From NCBI GenBank assembly GCA_030704615.1, contig JAKLZA010000023.1, positions 3,001 to 67,000 on the forward strand: a DNA stretch of 64,000 nucleotides. The letters run 5' to 3'. The notes beneath the pieces were generated by a model. That model was not told the DNA's origin. It searched no databases and worked only from the letters and a program-made list of their open reading frames with translations. Below are positions 1 through 12,789 of the stretch, in pieces. The first letter of the stretch is position 1, and each line of letters starts with the position of its first letter. The DNA is from Takakia lepidozioides. Lineage: Eukaryota > Plantae > Bryophyta. Made by a program: the position numbers and the translations under genes.

Positions 1-31
1 CAAAACTGCAAGTTTTTGGTTTTGCCCCACA

Positions 32-690
32 GTGTTTTGTCGTGTGTTAGAGGGGACCGTGCATCCTATTGCTTGGGAAAACCGAGGTAACCTAACGTTG
101 TGGCCTGTGAAGGTTGGAACCAAACTTACACAAGAAGAGGTGGACAAAAATTTGACTCCTTGCAGGTTTTCGACTAGTACCATCCTCCAAACGTTCCTGA
201 TCCGAACTTTCCTGGGGGACCACTTCCAGTGGAACAAGTACTTCATCACGGTGTTGTCCTTTCTTGTGGGTAAGTATCCACTACACGACTATGGGTTGCG
301 CATTCGGCGTCGGGGGGATCCGACTCCGCGACACTTGACTGTCGCCAAGAGTAAGCGGAGACTCTTATTGCGGAGGTTCGTGGGATTCAGAAACGTGCCT
401 CAGCCAGGGTTAGGTTATGGGAGAATTTACCAGCTACGACAACGAGGGATCTATCAGAGGCAGGATTGGGTTAACAATGTATACATTGGTCAGTTTCCAT
501 CTTGTGATTGTCCCGACTTTGATGAGCTATCTGTCAAGAAGAAAAAAACAAACATATCTACCTTGTAAGCACATGTACTTCATGTACAACGTGCATCTAG
601 GATGCGCCGGGCTTATGAGATCCACCAACCTTCCCTTAGCCAGTTAGAGGTTAGGGCTATGCTAAAGAAGGACCCTAGTTCAACTTCTTA
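32..690 (+). pseudogene. SWIM zinc-finger ORF fragment, probably transposon-derived (5' end outside window)
   Basis: ORF 32..568 ends VYIGQFPSCDCPDF. After a shift in the A-run at ~545 the frame reads YLPCKHMYF, completing the CxC...CxH SWIM motif. Confidence 0.55.
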
Positions 691-778
691 GTGACACATG
701 AAATGCACAAAAAAAGAACCTCTAACTTGTGCCGTTCATTTTCATGCATGTGACATGTAATTATCTGTTACTACTTTA

Positions 779-1000
779 TTCCAAACATGACACATAGCAT
801 TTGTTAGTACAGAAGTTCCTATTTTGGTTAAAATGGAACTTGTGTACCTGTCATACAAGTTTTCAAATTATACGAACTGCTTGGCATTACAAACAGACAA
901 TGTGTGGTTCCAAACATGACACATATGCATTTGTTAGTACAAAAAGTCCATATTTTGGTTAATATGAAACTGTTTTCCTTGAATACAAGTTTGCAAACTA
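779..1000. repeat. Two-copy imperfect direct repeat, ~129-bp period
   Basis: ttccaaacatgacacat(a)gcatttgttagtaca...tattttggtta occurs at 779 and at 908. Confidence 0.8.
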
Positions 1001-3101
1001 TTACTTTGCCAGGGATCTTGTATTCTCTTCAGTTTAAGGTGGTGCATTAGTTGGAGTTAGTGGTCACATGCATCTTTGACCATTGACTACTGATTTTGTT
1101 AGCTAAGATTTTTATTTTATTTTTTTCTATATACATATGATGTAACATTTGCATATGCAATAAATACGTCATATTCTATGCTATATAACTCCACTGCATA
1201 CAATCTATAATGTGTGCATACAAATTTGTCACAGCATATATATAATAAGAGATTTTGTGCATGCATGTACGCAACCTGTGCATATGAAATAGCAACCCCC
1301 GTCACCCGAAAGTATCTTGACCGAATCCATGTCCGAAAGAAAACACAAGTCCCAGCGTTTTTACCCTACAGCTGTAGAGCACTCCGTCTTTTTGTTGTCT
1401 CCGTCCTCGGTGGCACCTTCAGTGTGCTCAGTGACTTCGACTGTGCACAGCTCCTTAAGCTCCCTTCGAGGCCTAGTCCATCGCCTTCTTGTACCATCTT
1501 GCAGCAGATCTTGCCTGCTGCTTCTGTTTTTCAACGTGCAGCTTGGAAGTCCATAACTATACGCGCATTGCTCTTCTAGGAATTGTGAGGTCTTCTTGGC
1601 ATTGTTCTCTTGCCCGAGTTTCACCTTCACCCATCTTGAAACGTGATTGATGACGATCATTGCATGTGTATTGTCCGTTTTGTTGCATAGCAATGGTGAT
1701 GTTTTGTTCAGGGCTACTTGGCATAGACACAACCCGCGTACTGGTGCTTTGTTTAGACAGGTTCCTCTCCACCCAATGGCCCTGCGATTTTGGCTGGTTG
1801 AGCATATTTCTCGATTCGTTGGTAAGTCGAGCTTTCTTCCTTCCATTTGCTTTCATGCGTTTTTGTGTGCGCCCGACACTTTTCCTCCCATGTGCACTGG
1901 CCACAGATAAACGCAGATGGTAGTTCCTCCGCTCCTCTACATTCTTCTGTCACAGAGCACACAATCGCATTTGTAATCCAACTGTCACAGCTGCGCCCCG
2001 GACGTTCTTCTCTTCATCCCGTGTGCTGCTTGATCTTGACGCTTCTTGGTTTTGGCCTTCAGTGCTTGTCGACCCTTTTTTGCTTCCACTTGTAGTTGCA
2101 TTTCCGCTTGCGAGATTTTGCCCTGGCTGCTTGCCTTCCTGCTCTCCTTGTATAATCATCCTCTTCACTAGTTGTGAATCATACCCAAGTGCCTTTGAAT
2201 GCACCTTTCCTTTACGTCTTTCATCGTGTTGGAACCATGTTGATTCCGGGCAGGTCTCTCTCCTCATTCATCACATGTCGCTGCTCCTTGTCAGCCAGCA
2301 TACATCGGCAAATATTCCATGCTTCCATCATGTTGCTCCACTTACTCATATCTTCAATTGCAGTGGTAGCTGCTTCGCTTGCCCCTTGTATGATCTAGTA
2401 AGAAGATGATAATTTCCAGGGATGTTGTAATATTTGAGGAGAATTGGAAGAATCCCCGTCAACTACCAGGGAAGACTCCAGCGATTGCAGTGCACCTATT
2501 ATTTTGGAGGATTATGAGATTGAAGAGTTGCCACTGAGACCGAGGAAACTCAAACACAGTTGGAAGAACCAACGGAAGTCAATGAAGAGCCAGAACAGCT
2601 GTTAGGTGAAATGAGATCTACACGGATCAAGAAGCACCAACAGATTGCTCTCTGATGAATATTTTGCATGTTCAGCTAGTGTTCTTGAGAAGCCAACGAG
2701 CATGGAGGAAGCAATGGCCGGACCACATGCAAAACATCGAGAGAAAGCTGCGCAGGAAGAACTAGAGTCTATTCAGAAGAATCAGACTTGGAAATTGGTG
2801 AAGTTGCCAACAGGGAGGAAAGCCATTGGATCAAAAGTATTTTGAATCAAAGAAAATCTAATGGAGAGGTTGATAGATTCAAAGCCAGATTGGTGGCCAA
2901 GGGTTACGCTCAAACACTAGGGATCGATTACCGGAGACTTACACTCTAGTGATAAAATTGGAATCTATGAGGACTTTGTTGGCAGTGGGAGCTATTCTTG
3001 ACTTTGAGATCCACCATATGGATGTGAAATCACCATTCTTGAACGGCGAGTTAGAAGAAGAAGTGTACATGGAACAACCATCAGGATTTGAAGCACTAGA
3101 G

Positions 3102-3786
3102 GGGTGATTGCAACCTATAGTGTCCATTTTTTGCTGTCACATCACTGTTTTTTCCAGACATAGAATAGTGGTAAATTATCATACTCCTACATGACAATGC
3201 CATCAATAAAAAGGGACTAATATATAGAGGCTCATCTACATATACTTTCACACTTTTAATTCTCATTATCAAAAACCAGAATCTCTAGATGCTATGGACT
3301 TTTAAAAAGTCCATAAGGAATTGTCACAGTCCATAAAAAAATACGTTATGGACTTTTTTAATATAGGAGTTAGAACAAAGTCAAGAAAAAAGACTCTCTC
3401 AACTTTGCTTTGGAAAATGAGGAATCTGGAATGAAAACTATCATTCAAAAATATGAAGTTAAAAAAACATTATTATATTGAGCTTCAAAAATAGCTATTT
3501 TCATAAAGTCATTTATGACTAAATTCTTTTGAAATAACAATTTTTTTTTCATTAGACGCATTCATTCACCATAAATGCAGAGTTGATTATGATCAAATTT
3601 CAAAAACATATTTGTGAATTGATGTTATCCCAATTTGAAAATCTTGGTTTTAACAGTCAATAATAGACGGTCAAGATTGTCAGTTGAAGCAAATCCGATG
3701 GTTGAGGATTCACCACATCCTCTTTTATGTACTCTTTATGTATTCATGATCTGCCCTTTTTGGTCCACTCTAGTTTGCAATCACCC
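3102..3786. mobile_element. Non-autonomous TIR element, GGG termini, 4-bp TSD AGAG (Sola-like)
   Basis: Left end gggtgattgcaacctatagtg, right end cactctagtttgcaatcaccc. AGAG at 3098-3101 and 3787-3790. Removal restores copia RT in frame (GFEALEGKHLVCKL). Confidence 0.88.
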
Positions 3787-5221
3787 AGAGGGTAAGCATC
3801 TCGTGTGTAAGCTTCTTAAATCGTTATATGGGTTGAAACAAGCTCCTAGGGTGGCATCGAAAAATCAATGATTTTCTCAAAAGACTAGGGTTTTGAGCAG
3901 TCACAAATGGACAACGGTGTGTATGTTTTCGAGAAAAAAGAGAAGACACTCCTCGTGGGGTTACATGTAGATGACATGATGATTTTGGGAAACAATGCAA
4001 AAATGATGATGGTATTCAAAAGATTGATGTGTGAGGGATTCGAAATGATTGATGTTGGTGAAATTGAGTACTATCTCGGAATTCAGGTTATCAGAAATAG
4101 GGGGAAGAAATCAATACATCTCAATCAGGAGAAGTATATGAAGGAGCTATCCAAAAAGTTTGGAATGGCTGATTGTAAGCCAATTGGTACTCCAATGGAC
4201 CTTGGACTGACATTTGTCAAAGGAGTCGAAGTGAAATCTGACGAAGAAGAGGAGAGTTTCTGGGAATGCCATACAGAGAAGTAATAGGCAGTTTGATGTA
4301 TCCAATGATAGGCACTCGACCAGATATTGCTGCAGTAATCAGTATCTTGAGCAGGTACTGTGATGAGCATTGGGTAGCTGTGAAACATGTTATGAGGTAT
4401 TTACAGGCAACACAACTACTATTACATGGGAAGTAAAGATGAGGGTGTTATTCTGTCCGGATTCTATGACGCTGATTGGGCTGGGGATGTTGAAACAAGA
4501 AGATCAACAACAGATTATTCTTACCTTCTTGGTGGAGGAGCTATTGCTTAGAATAACAAACAACAAGCTACAGTGGCTCTATTAAGCACGGAAGCAGAGT
4601 ACATGTCGGCTACACATGCGTCAAATGAAGCTATTTGGCTGAGACAGTTGTTGGAGGATGTCGGTTCTTTACAACAAGAAGTAACACAGATTCAAACGAC
4701 AATCAGGAAGTTTGGCTTTGATGACGAATCTAGTTCACCATAGCCAAACTAAACACATAGATGTGTAGTACCATTTTATTCGAGAAGTCATTAGTTCTGG
4801 GGTAAGTGCAGACTACACTAGCTCAAAAGCGGCAGATGTGCCCTCCACTAAAAGTCCATAAGAAAAAATTAATTATATTTTAATTAAGGATATTGTTCAA
4901 ATATATTTTTATCTTCATAGGTAATTGTATACTAATCATATTTAGTAAATGGTCTCACCCCAAATATTTGAGATATTTTTATTATAATATTTTAAAAATA
5001 CTAATAGCTATTTATTATTATCTGTAGTTTATGAAAATTTTCCATATAACAATAAGCTCCTAGAGACAATAACAATATATATATTCTTAGCAAAGATCTC
5101 CACCCAAATATGAAATTTTCAAAATGCTATGGATAAATCGTCATTTTGGGGGTTTTTTGGATTAAAACGTCCATAGTGTCTTGATAGATGGATGGAATTG
5201 TTCACAAATTTGTGTCTATTC

Positions 5222-6119
5222 CAGTGTTGGGCGGTTCTTGCATTTGTGAAGGAACCTTCGGTTCCGGTTCCAAAATTATTTCAAGAGTTCCGGATCCGGT
5301 TCCGGTTTTTTTTTTATTGAGCCGGTTCCGGTCCGGTTCCGGATCCAACTTTTTAAACATGGGGGCGGTTCCGGTTACCGGTTAGTTGCTGATAAAAACC
5401 ATCGGTTCCGGTTAGGTTCCGGTTCTATTTTAAAAATATATTTGTTTAATTTAATTAGATTTAAAATATTTTATCAGTCCGGTAGATTAAATAGCAGTGT
5501 ATTCACATATTTGAACTAAAATCCAACGATTTTGTTAGTTTTCACTAACACAAAAAAAAAAAACAAACAAAAATACTCTAAATAAACTGGTAGAAGAAAA
5601 TGGGTAAAATTTTATGGGTTGAAAGTACTATTCAACTACCTGGCAAGTATTGGCATCTTCAAACATTTTATTAATGAACTTAGCCAGGATATCATGGAGC
5701 TGGAGATTGAACCCAAGATCTCATGGCGCTGAAGCATTGAACATAGAATCTCATGGCCTTCAAGCATTGAACCCAGGATCTCAGGAGCTTAAGAGCATTA
5801 AATAAGTTTTTCCCTGGGCCCACCAGCCCCACCAAGAGGTCAAGAACCAAGAACCGGACTTAGAAGCGCTTTGGTAGGTACTGGAGACATTTAGGGCTAC
5901 AGCCCACGGGTGACCGGAACCGGAACCGGAACCGCTTTGGAGCTAGAACCGCCGGTTCCCACACAAGCTGGAACCGCCGGTTCCAGTTCCCACACAATCC
6001 CCAATGAGCGGTTCCGGTTCCGGTTCTGCACAGGCGGGTCCGGTTCCGGTCCGGTTCCACATAACTGGAACCGGAACCGGCGGTTACCCGGGGCCCAGGC
6101 GGGTAACCGCCCAACACTG
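5222..6119. mobile_element. Non-autonomous hAT element nested inside the 4800-6460 element
   Basis: TIR cagtgttgggcggtt / aaccgcccaacactg, with subterminal GGTTCC/GGAACC arrays at both ends. TSD is imperfect (gtctattc vs gtccctattc, a C-run length difference). Confidence 0.82.
5686..5797. repeat. ~31-bp tandem repeat, 3-4 copies, inside the hAT element
   Basis: Unit approximately gaagcattgaacccaagatctcatgg. Confidence 0.7.
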
Positions 6120-6599
6120 GTCCCTATTCAAACATTGTGTATCTAGTTGTAAAGTCCATATATGAATTGGTTGTGCAACAAATAGGGTTTTCAGATGGAA
6201 TTTGGGACAATAGATGGACTGTGACATTCCATTGGAATTCCCTACAAAAGTCCATAGCTTCATGAGATTTCATCCAAATTCCAAAATAATTGTACCCACA
6301 TGTATATATGGTAAGTGGCTATCCCATTCTAAGTCCATTTGCTATGAATATATAACTTATGTGTATAGGGTGAAGAATAATATAACAAGCAGTCAGTCAA
6401 AAACTGCAAATTGTCCTCAAATTGTAGTCCAAACTGAGCCACTCTAGTCTGCATCTACCCTCTGGCAAAATCATTTTTTGCTACTGTAGAACTGATGATA
6501 TGGCAGCTGATATTTTGACAAAGCCCCTTCCGAAACCCAAGCATTACAAACGCATGGACATGTTGGGAGTTCATAGTCTTTCGGCTGCCTGAGTAGGAC

Positions 6600-8620
6600 T
6601 TCTTCTACACTCCCACTTAGTTAGGTCTTAATCAGTTTGTAAAGCCTCTTTGTATGTTCTTGAACTACTGTAGACTCAAGCTAAGGCCAAGCTGAGTAGT
6701 ACACTTCGAATGTTTGAGCTTTGGTAAACTCTTCGTCATGATATATACAACCATGTCGTCTGTAGCACAGTAAACTACGTTTACTTCTCCTTTGGCCATT
6801 ATCTCTCTTATGTAATGATGTTGCACTTGTATGTGCTTAGTCCTAGAATGATACTTAGGGTTTTGACTTAGTGCTATTGCACTCTGATTATCACAATACA
6901 TAGTTGTTGCTCCTGATTGCTTATGACCCAAGTCTCCTAATAACTTTCTTAACTACACAGCCTCTTTGGCCGCTTGAGTGGCTGCCATGTATTCCGCTTC
7001 CGTTGATGAAAGCACTATTGCAGTCTGTCTCTTGCTTGACCACGACACAACTCCACCTGCAAGAGTAAAACAATGTCCCGAGGTCAATCTCATGTTGTCG
7101 AAATCCCCTCCCCAATCAGCATCTGTATAGCCTTGCAGACTTGTTCTCCCATTTCCTTTGTAGAGTATCCCATCGTCGATGTTCCTTTGAGGTATCTGAA
7201 AATCCTCTTGACTGCTCTCCAATGGGTCTCACCAGGATTTGAAAGAAACTGTGACACTACTCCCACTGAGTATGCAATATCAGGTCTAGTGCAAGTCATG
7301 CAATACATTAAGCTACCCACGACACTCTGATATGGAACAAGCTTTATCATATCTTCTGTGTCTTTTTGAGTTTGAGGACACATCTGTATTGTGAGTTTTA
7401 GGCCTGCTTCTAGTGGAGTTGAGACTGCCTTACTCATTTCTAACTTATATTGCAGTAATTTAGTTTCAATGTACTTAGCTTGATGCATAAAAACAGTATG
7501 ATTTACTCTATCTCTACTGCTTTGTACGCCTTGAACCCATATCAGTCATGGAAAACTCCTTGGACAGTTTATCCTTAAACTACAGTAGTAATCATTGACC
7601 CATTGCTGACAGCACAACGTCATCCACATACAAGCCAATATTACCAATCGACTTCCTTGCGTAAGAATGTAGACGTTTGTATCTGCAACACTCTTCTTAA
7701 ATCCAGATATCAGAAGAAAAGTATCGATCTTTTCGTACCATGCTCTCGGAGACTGTTTGAGCCCGTAGATCCATTGAAATCTCATAAGATGTCTTGTCAG
7801 TAGATTGGAAGCTTGTCTGATGACTGGGTTCTTCTCCTACTCTTGGAAAAGCTGTACTTACTTCATCAAAGACTACATCCCTACTATGAAAGACAGTCTT
7901 TGTTTTCTCCTTAAGCAGTTTATAACCCTTAACTCCTTCAGTGTAACCTACGAAAAATGCACGCTTCACTTTTTGAATCCAATTTCTGTCTCTTCTCTTC
8001 TGGGATATGAGCATAGGCTCGATACCCAAACACCTTACAGTGCGATACACTTGGCTTCACACCTGTCCACATTTCTTCTGGAATCATTCCCGAGACTACT
8101 CTTGTAGGCGTTCTATTTTGAAGGTAGGTTGCAGTTCCCACTACTTTTGCCCAAAAAATAATTAGGCAAGTTAGCCTGCTTGAGCATGCTCCTAGCACAC
8201 TCTTGTAGAGACATGTTCTTCCGCTTCGCAACACCGTTTTGTTCAGGTGTGTAGGGAACCGTTAAATTTTGTCTCACTATCCTGATTTCTTTACAGAATT
8301 GGTTGAAGGCATTAGAAATGTATTCCCCTCCATTATCTGACCTCAGAGTTTTGAGGGTTTCCCTTGTTTGTTTCTCTGTAAGAACTTTGTATTCTTTAAA
8401 TTTATATCTAGAACTTGGTGTTTTTCTGCTTTAGAAAATTGACTGTTGTTCCTCTTGAAACAAGTAGTGGCTCCACCGAGCGACTTTGTCTGCATAGGGC
8501 CGCATAGGGCCGCACACATTGAGTGCACAACCTCCAACAGACTATTTGCACGTTGACCTCCATCTTTGGGAATTTTTGTCGGTGTTGTTTACCTTCTATA
8601 CAACCCTTAGACTCGTCTGC
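6600..8620 (-). mobile_element. Second degenerate Ty1/copia remnant (GAG-pre-integrase, integrase, internally deleted RT, RNase H, PPT)
   Basis: Motifs CIEGKQHRQKFP, TYLQNRTPTR, AYAHIPEEKRQKLD, SRDVVFDE, YGLKQSPRAW, GYTDADWG, SSTEAEY, YCDNQSAI...HSRTKHI. PPT-like aagtgggag at ~6610-6618 is followed by TG. The N-terminal half of RT is missing at ~7770. Confidence 0.92.
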
Positions 8621-10832
8621 TCTACTTCCTTTAATGAGAGCCCTTCCACTAGCTTGCTGAAGTTCAGTGAGTTTCGGATTGAGAGATTCTCTATACGACC
8701 GAGGGAAGAATCTGTCGATGCCCATCACAAGATCGTTGCCACAGTTTCCAATACACGCGTGCAGAATTGAGTAACGTCTACCTACAGACAGACGTAATGT
8801 ACCTCGGCAGATCAAAAGGTATATTCCCTGGAACTCAGGCATCAAGGAAACATTGTAAAAATCACTACTGCGATAGGGAAAACGAAGGAGGGAAAGGGCT
8901 GGCCAAGAGCAGAAGATCCCTGCCACCCAGGTCCACGCCCATTGAGAGACAATGTGTGCGAGAGATCCTACCGAACATTGTGTCGATGGAGGCGAAGAAG
9001 AAAAAAAATTCCCCCACGCATGAGTAGTTCCTGCTTCCCTACTTCGACTTCTCAATTACCCTCAAATATTGGGACGGGCATTCAAAATAGTGCATGTGTC
9101 ATCCTCTGGAGGATCATGCAATGAGCCTGAATAAATTTGGACTGCCGCCATCACAGTCTTTGGAAAGTCGCGGACCTGCAAGACCTGTGTCTCTTCTCTT
9201 CTCTGCACTTTATCTCGCTGGTGTGCTCTCAGGTTGATCACTCTCTTGCGGCTGCGGCGCGGGGACACCCTTCTCCATCTCGTTTTTCTGTAATCCGGTA
9301 TTCTGCTCCCTCACTAGACTCATGTAGTCTCCACCTTCCACTGTCCCTGCTCGCCTCCCCGACATCTGCCACTTATTTTGTCACCATGGCTGGAGAGCTG
9401 AGGCTACCTCCTCCTCTGTCTTGCACAGCACATCCGGTCCACCAGCCACCGCACCACCAAATCACGTAATCAGATCCTATGCACATATCCCTCGTCCACT
9501 GTTCCCCTGAGGCTCCCCTCCTGCCATCGTTGTGTGTAGCTCCTCCCCGTGGGCGATCTTCGTCTTGCCTCCCTTCACAGACAGGTGACCTCCCCTCTAA
9601 CCGCTACTTCAATCTGTCGCCGAGTCCTCAGGCATCACATGGCAATCACCCCACTGTTATTTCCACCCAGAGGAGACCCAGAGCCCTCTACGCTTTACCC
9701 TTGGCACTTTGTCTAGCTCTAGGGGAGGGGGCGCGTGTGCTACCTTCTTTCGTGTCTCCGTCGTTTTGCGTTCAGTAGCCACCTCCCTCATTGAGTCTAC
9801 AGTTGGCAGCTCCAGCTGTGCTACTTCTTTAATTTGTCTGTGTTGTAGAACTCATGCAAGATCCCTACTGAAGTATCTTAGCATCAAAAATCTTGACATT
9901 GTACTTGCGTGTCGCGGTAATTCATCTGTATATTGTGCTGTGGTTCTTCTGCGATAGAGTGATAGCCAGGTTTCTTGCGAATACGGTGGAATTACTATAT
10001 TCCCTTCGCCGTTGTACTGGAGGAAAAAAAAAACCCTTCTGCAGTCTAGGAAACATAGTTATGTCACTGTGAATATTAGCTTTGCCAGGAGAAAAATTGG
10101 GATCTCAAATCGGCGATGTGAGATCAGGTGGGTCGATTTCATGTTAGGCTGGAGAGACCATCTGATTTTAATGTAGAAAGGCGGACTATATGCAGAAATC
10201 AGAAACCATCTACTCAAGAACGATGCCAGTACTGGTCATGTGGTGAGATCATGAGAAGGCTGGCCTTATGTAAGGAATCTGTTTAGTCTCGACTCTCTAT
10301 AGGGTTATTCGAGATCCTTTGCTACAATTAGATTTCCAGGAGTTGTTTTATGTATATCACTTTTAAATTTATAGCTGGAGATGTGAAACAGAAATCACAA
10401 GGAGAGATTCTAAAGACGAACATACAGAGGGTTTACTCTTGGTTGGAGATGACCACATGTGCTAACGCAATACTAACCCTCTGAGTGTGCATAGCTGATG
10501 GACATGTAATCAAGCAAGTGCTAGAAATTGTAGGATAGAAATTTGCTGTTATTTTCCTTTAGCGCAATGCAGACAGAGTACACAGACCAAAGTCTTTGGT
10601 CATTGACTAAATCGATAGTCAAGTAGCATCCTAAAGTAGCAGGAGCACCATACGCACCTAGACTGAAGCCTCAGAGAACTGTCAGAAAACTAACTAGAAA
10701 TTTGCCACAGTATGTCATTCAGAAAGTCTTAATTTCAAACAGTTGCTGCTCAAGTTGGTACAACGCTAGTGTTACTAAGCACACAAAAAGTCCTCAAAGT
10801 GCTGGAATCTTCTTGTAGGGGTGCACCGTATT

Positions 10833-11355
10833 TTAATCGCTGGAGTCTGTATTAGTTCGCGAGTCTTGGGACCTCACACTCGGACCACCGTTAAGTACGC
10901 CTCTCTGCATGTAAGACATTCTAATTTGCCGTGTCAAGAATTGTTCGAAGAGAACAGGGTTGCAAGAGATGCGCACGCCGGGCCCCTCATTCTCGTATCC
11001 ATATTCTTCCTCGGTCTTGGCAAGCAGCTCACCAATTAGTTTATTCCTGAGGAGAACATTGGGATTACAAATCGGCGCCTCTCTGTGCCCACGTAGACAT
11101 CCACGTAGCCCTTTGGCACCCCCGGTGGGTGAGAAGCATCAGATTTTGTCACAAATTTAATGATAGAGCTGACCCCCGGTGGTTTAAAACAGAGGTGAAG
11201 CAGCCTCTTGGTGGGTGTGAGACATGAGAATTTGTCACACATTTGATCAGGCTTTGCTGCTTCATAGAGTTGACCCCCGGTGGATATATTGAACCAGTAC
11301 TGATGAAACAGCCCCTTGGCACCGCCTGTGGGTGTGAGAAACAGGATGCCCACAT
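10833..11355 (-). CDS. SAUR: SAUR (small auxin-up RNA) family protein, intronless, with two apparent frameshifts
   Basis: VPKGYVDVYVGTERRRFVIP, then after a shift ELLAKTEEEYGYENEGPGVRISCNPVLFEQFL. TATA-like TATTTAAT on the minus strand at ~11600. Confidence 0.8.
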
Positions 11356-11374
11356 CGTGTGGAGCAACTGGTGA

Positions 11375-11545
11375 AATAAATCAGACAGTCTAGAGCACGA
11401 AAGTGAAGATCAAAAAGTCTATAAGTGACTGTAAGAGTACGCAAGTGAAGATCAGACAGTCTGTACGAGTACGAAAGCGAAGATCAGACAGGCTGTGAGG
11501 GTACCCAAGTGAAGATCAGACAGTCTAGCAAGTGATCAGAGTATG
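11375..11545. repeat. Short tandem repeat (~29 bp, ~6 copies) in the SAUR 5' region
   Basis: gtgaagatcagacagtct recurs with a/g-rich spacers. Confidence 0.75.
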
Positions 11546-12060
11546 TAAGAGTAGGCAAGTAACACTTGAAGAACGTTCTTCAAGTGAAGCGCGCTTACTA
11601 TTAAATAGTCCGAGGCTAAAAAGTTTTAAATTACTGCAATTGATGGTGTCATCAATTGAATTTTAATTAACTCATTAAAAATAGAAAATATATATGTCAT
11701 TGGATTTCTAGCTTCAATACGCACCCATAGCAACTCTCCAATCATGAATCCGATAAGAAATGACTCTGCTATGGACTTTTGAACACCGTCATTGTGGACT
11801 TTTACCGCAGTGAATGAAATTACAATGGACTCAAATTCTCCTATGTGCCATTGGTGAATTCCATTGAAATTTGGACTTAAGGTGGTCATTTTGGTCCACA
11901 TCATAGGTATAGATTTGAAGTGACAAAATCATTTGTCATTTGACTCATATGGACTAATATATGTAAATAAATATGCGTTTTTGAAAAGTCCATAGCTTGT
12001 CAAGGACGAGAACACTGAATACAAACAAGAGATCAGGCTAGAGATACAAGACTAAACAGA

Positions 12061-12385
12061 TTGTGTGGAACTTGGCCAAAAGCCTTCAGCATGGGCTGCC
12101 AGTTGGGGCAGCTCCATGGGTTCAAATCCCACCTATGCTTGGCCACTAAGGGTGGGAGATGAAGGTGAGGCTGTTTTGCATCTCTATATTTTGGGAGCTT
12201 GGGCTTGTGTGGAATTTGGCTTCAGCATGGGCTGCCAGCTGGGCAGCTCTGTGGGTTCAAATCCCACCCATGCTCTCCCACTATGGATGAGAGATGAAGT
12301 AGTTGGTTTGTGCTTGATTCTGGCCTTTGTCTTCATGTTGCTAGACTCCATTTTGTGTACCTTAGGCTTGTGTGGAACTTGGGCA
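12061..12385 (+). repeat. Tandem ~140-bp repeat carrying a tRNA-like mini-structure (2 full copies plus a partial third)
   Basis: ttgtgtggaa(c/t)ttgg at 12061, ~12205 and ~12368. B-box/T-loop GGTTCAAATCCC in two copies. Confidence 0.75.
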
Positions 12386-12789
12386 AAGAATGAGAGCAGG
12401 TGGAAGCTGATGTGCACATGCCAGCTGTCTTTGTGCTTCAGCAAAACTGCTGCTGCCTATGGCATTTTGACCCCCCTTACTTTGACCAGTTGTAAATCAG
12501 AAAATATGAATCCATTTTTTGCATTCTATGGCTCATCAAAATGCCAATGTGCTGGACAACACCTGTAAGCAGGATGAGGTCCTGCAGATTTCATCCTGTC
12601 ATTGAAAATTGCAAATTCCTCCAATTTCCCTTATTGTTTTAGGAGGGGCCCAAAAAATGGGCCCCACATTCAACGTGGCGTTTCTCTGATTTTCGCCTGA
12701 TTGGCCTGGAAATTTACATGTCTGGAAGGGTAGGCATAACGTCCGGTCAATTTTCCAAAAACATTTTTTTCGCTGAGATATTCTCATTT

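Larger units (their letters stand above)
4800..6460. mobile_element. Non-autonomous TIR element, GGG termini, 4-bp TSD TCTG (same family as 3102-3786)
   Basis: Left end gggtaagtgcagactacactagctca, right end tgagccactctagtctgcatctaccc. TCTG at 4796-4799 and 6461-6464. Removal restores RNase H in frame (REVISSGKIIFCYCRTDDM). Confidence 0.88.
2410..6591 (+). mobile_element. Degenerate Ty1/copia pol remnant (integrase tail, RT, RNase H), split by two DNA-transposon insertions
   Basis: Motifs KNQTWKLVKLPTGRKAIG, FKARLVAKGY, HHMDVKSPFLNGELEEEVYMEQP, LYGLKQAPR, LHVDDM, TRPDI, DADWAG, STEAEY, DDMAADILTKPL. Stops and frameshifts present; no LTR seen. Confidence 0.93.

Noticed and set aside
1290-2400. 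Overlapping ORFs on both strands
   Set aside because: No recognisable domain and many stops; probably decayed TE sequence but unsupported.
8700-10020. Possible gag remnant upstream of the second copia
   Set aside because: Purine-rich minus strand looks coding, but no clear zinc knuckle, protease motif, PBS or LTR could be established.
12088-12274. Calling the tRNA-like units true tRNA genes
   Set aside because: No D arm/A box and no 7-nt anticodon loop; reported only as a tRNA-like repeat.
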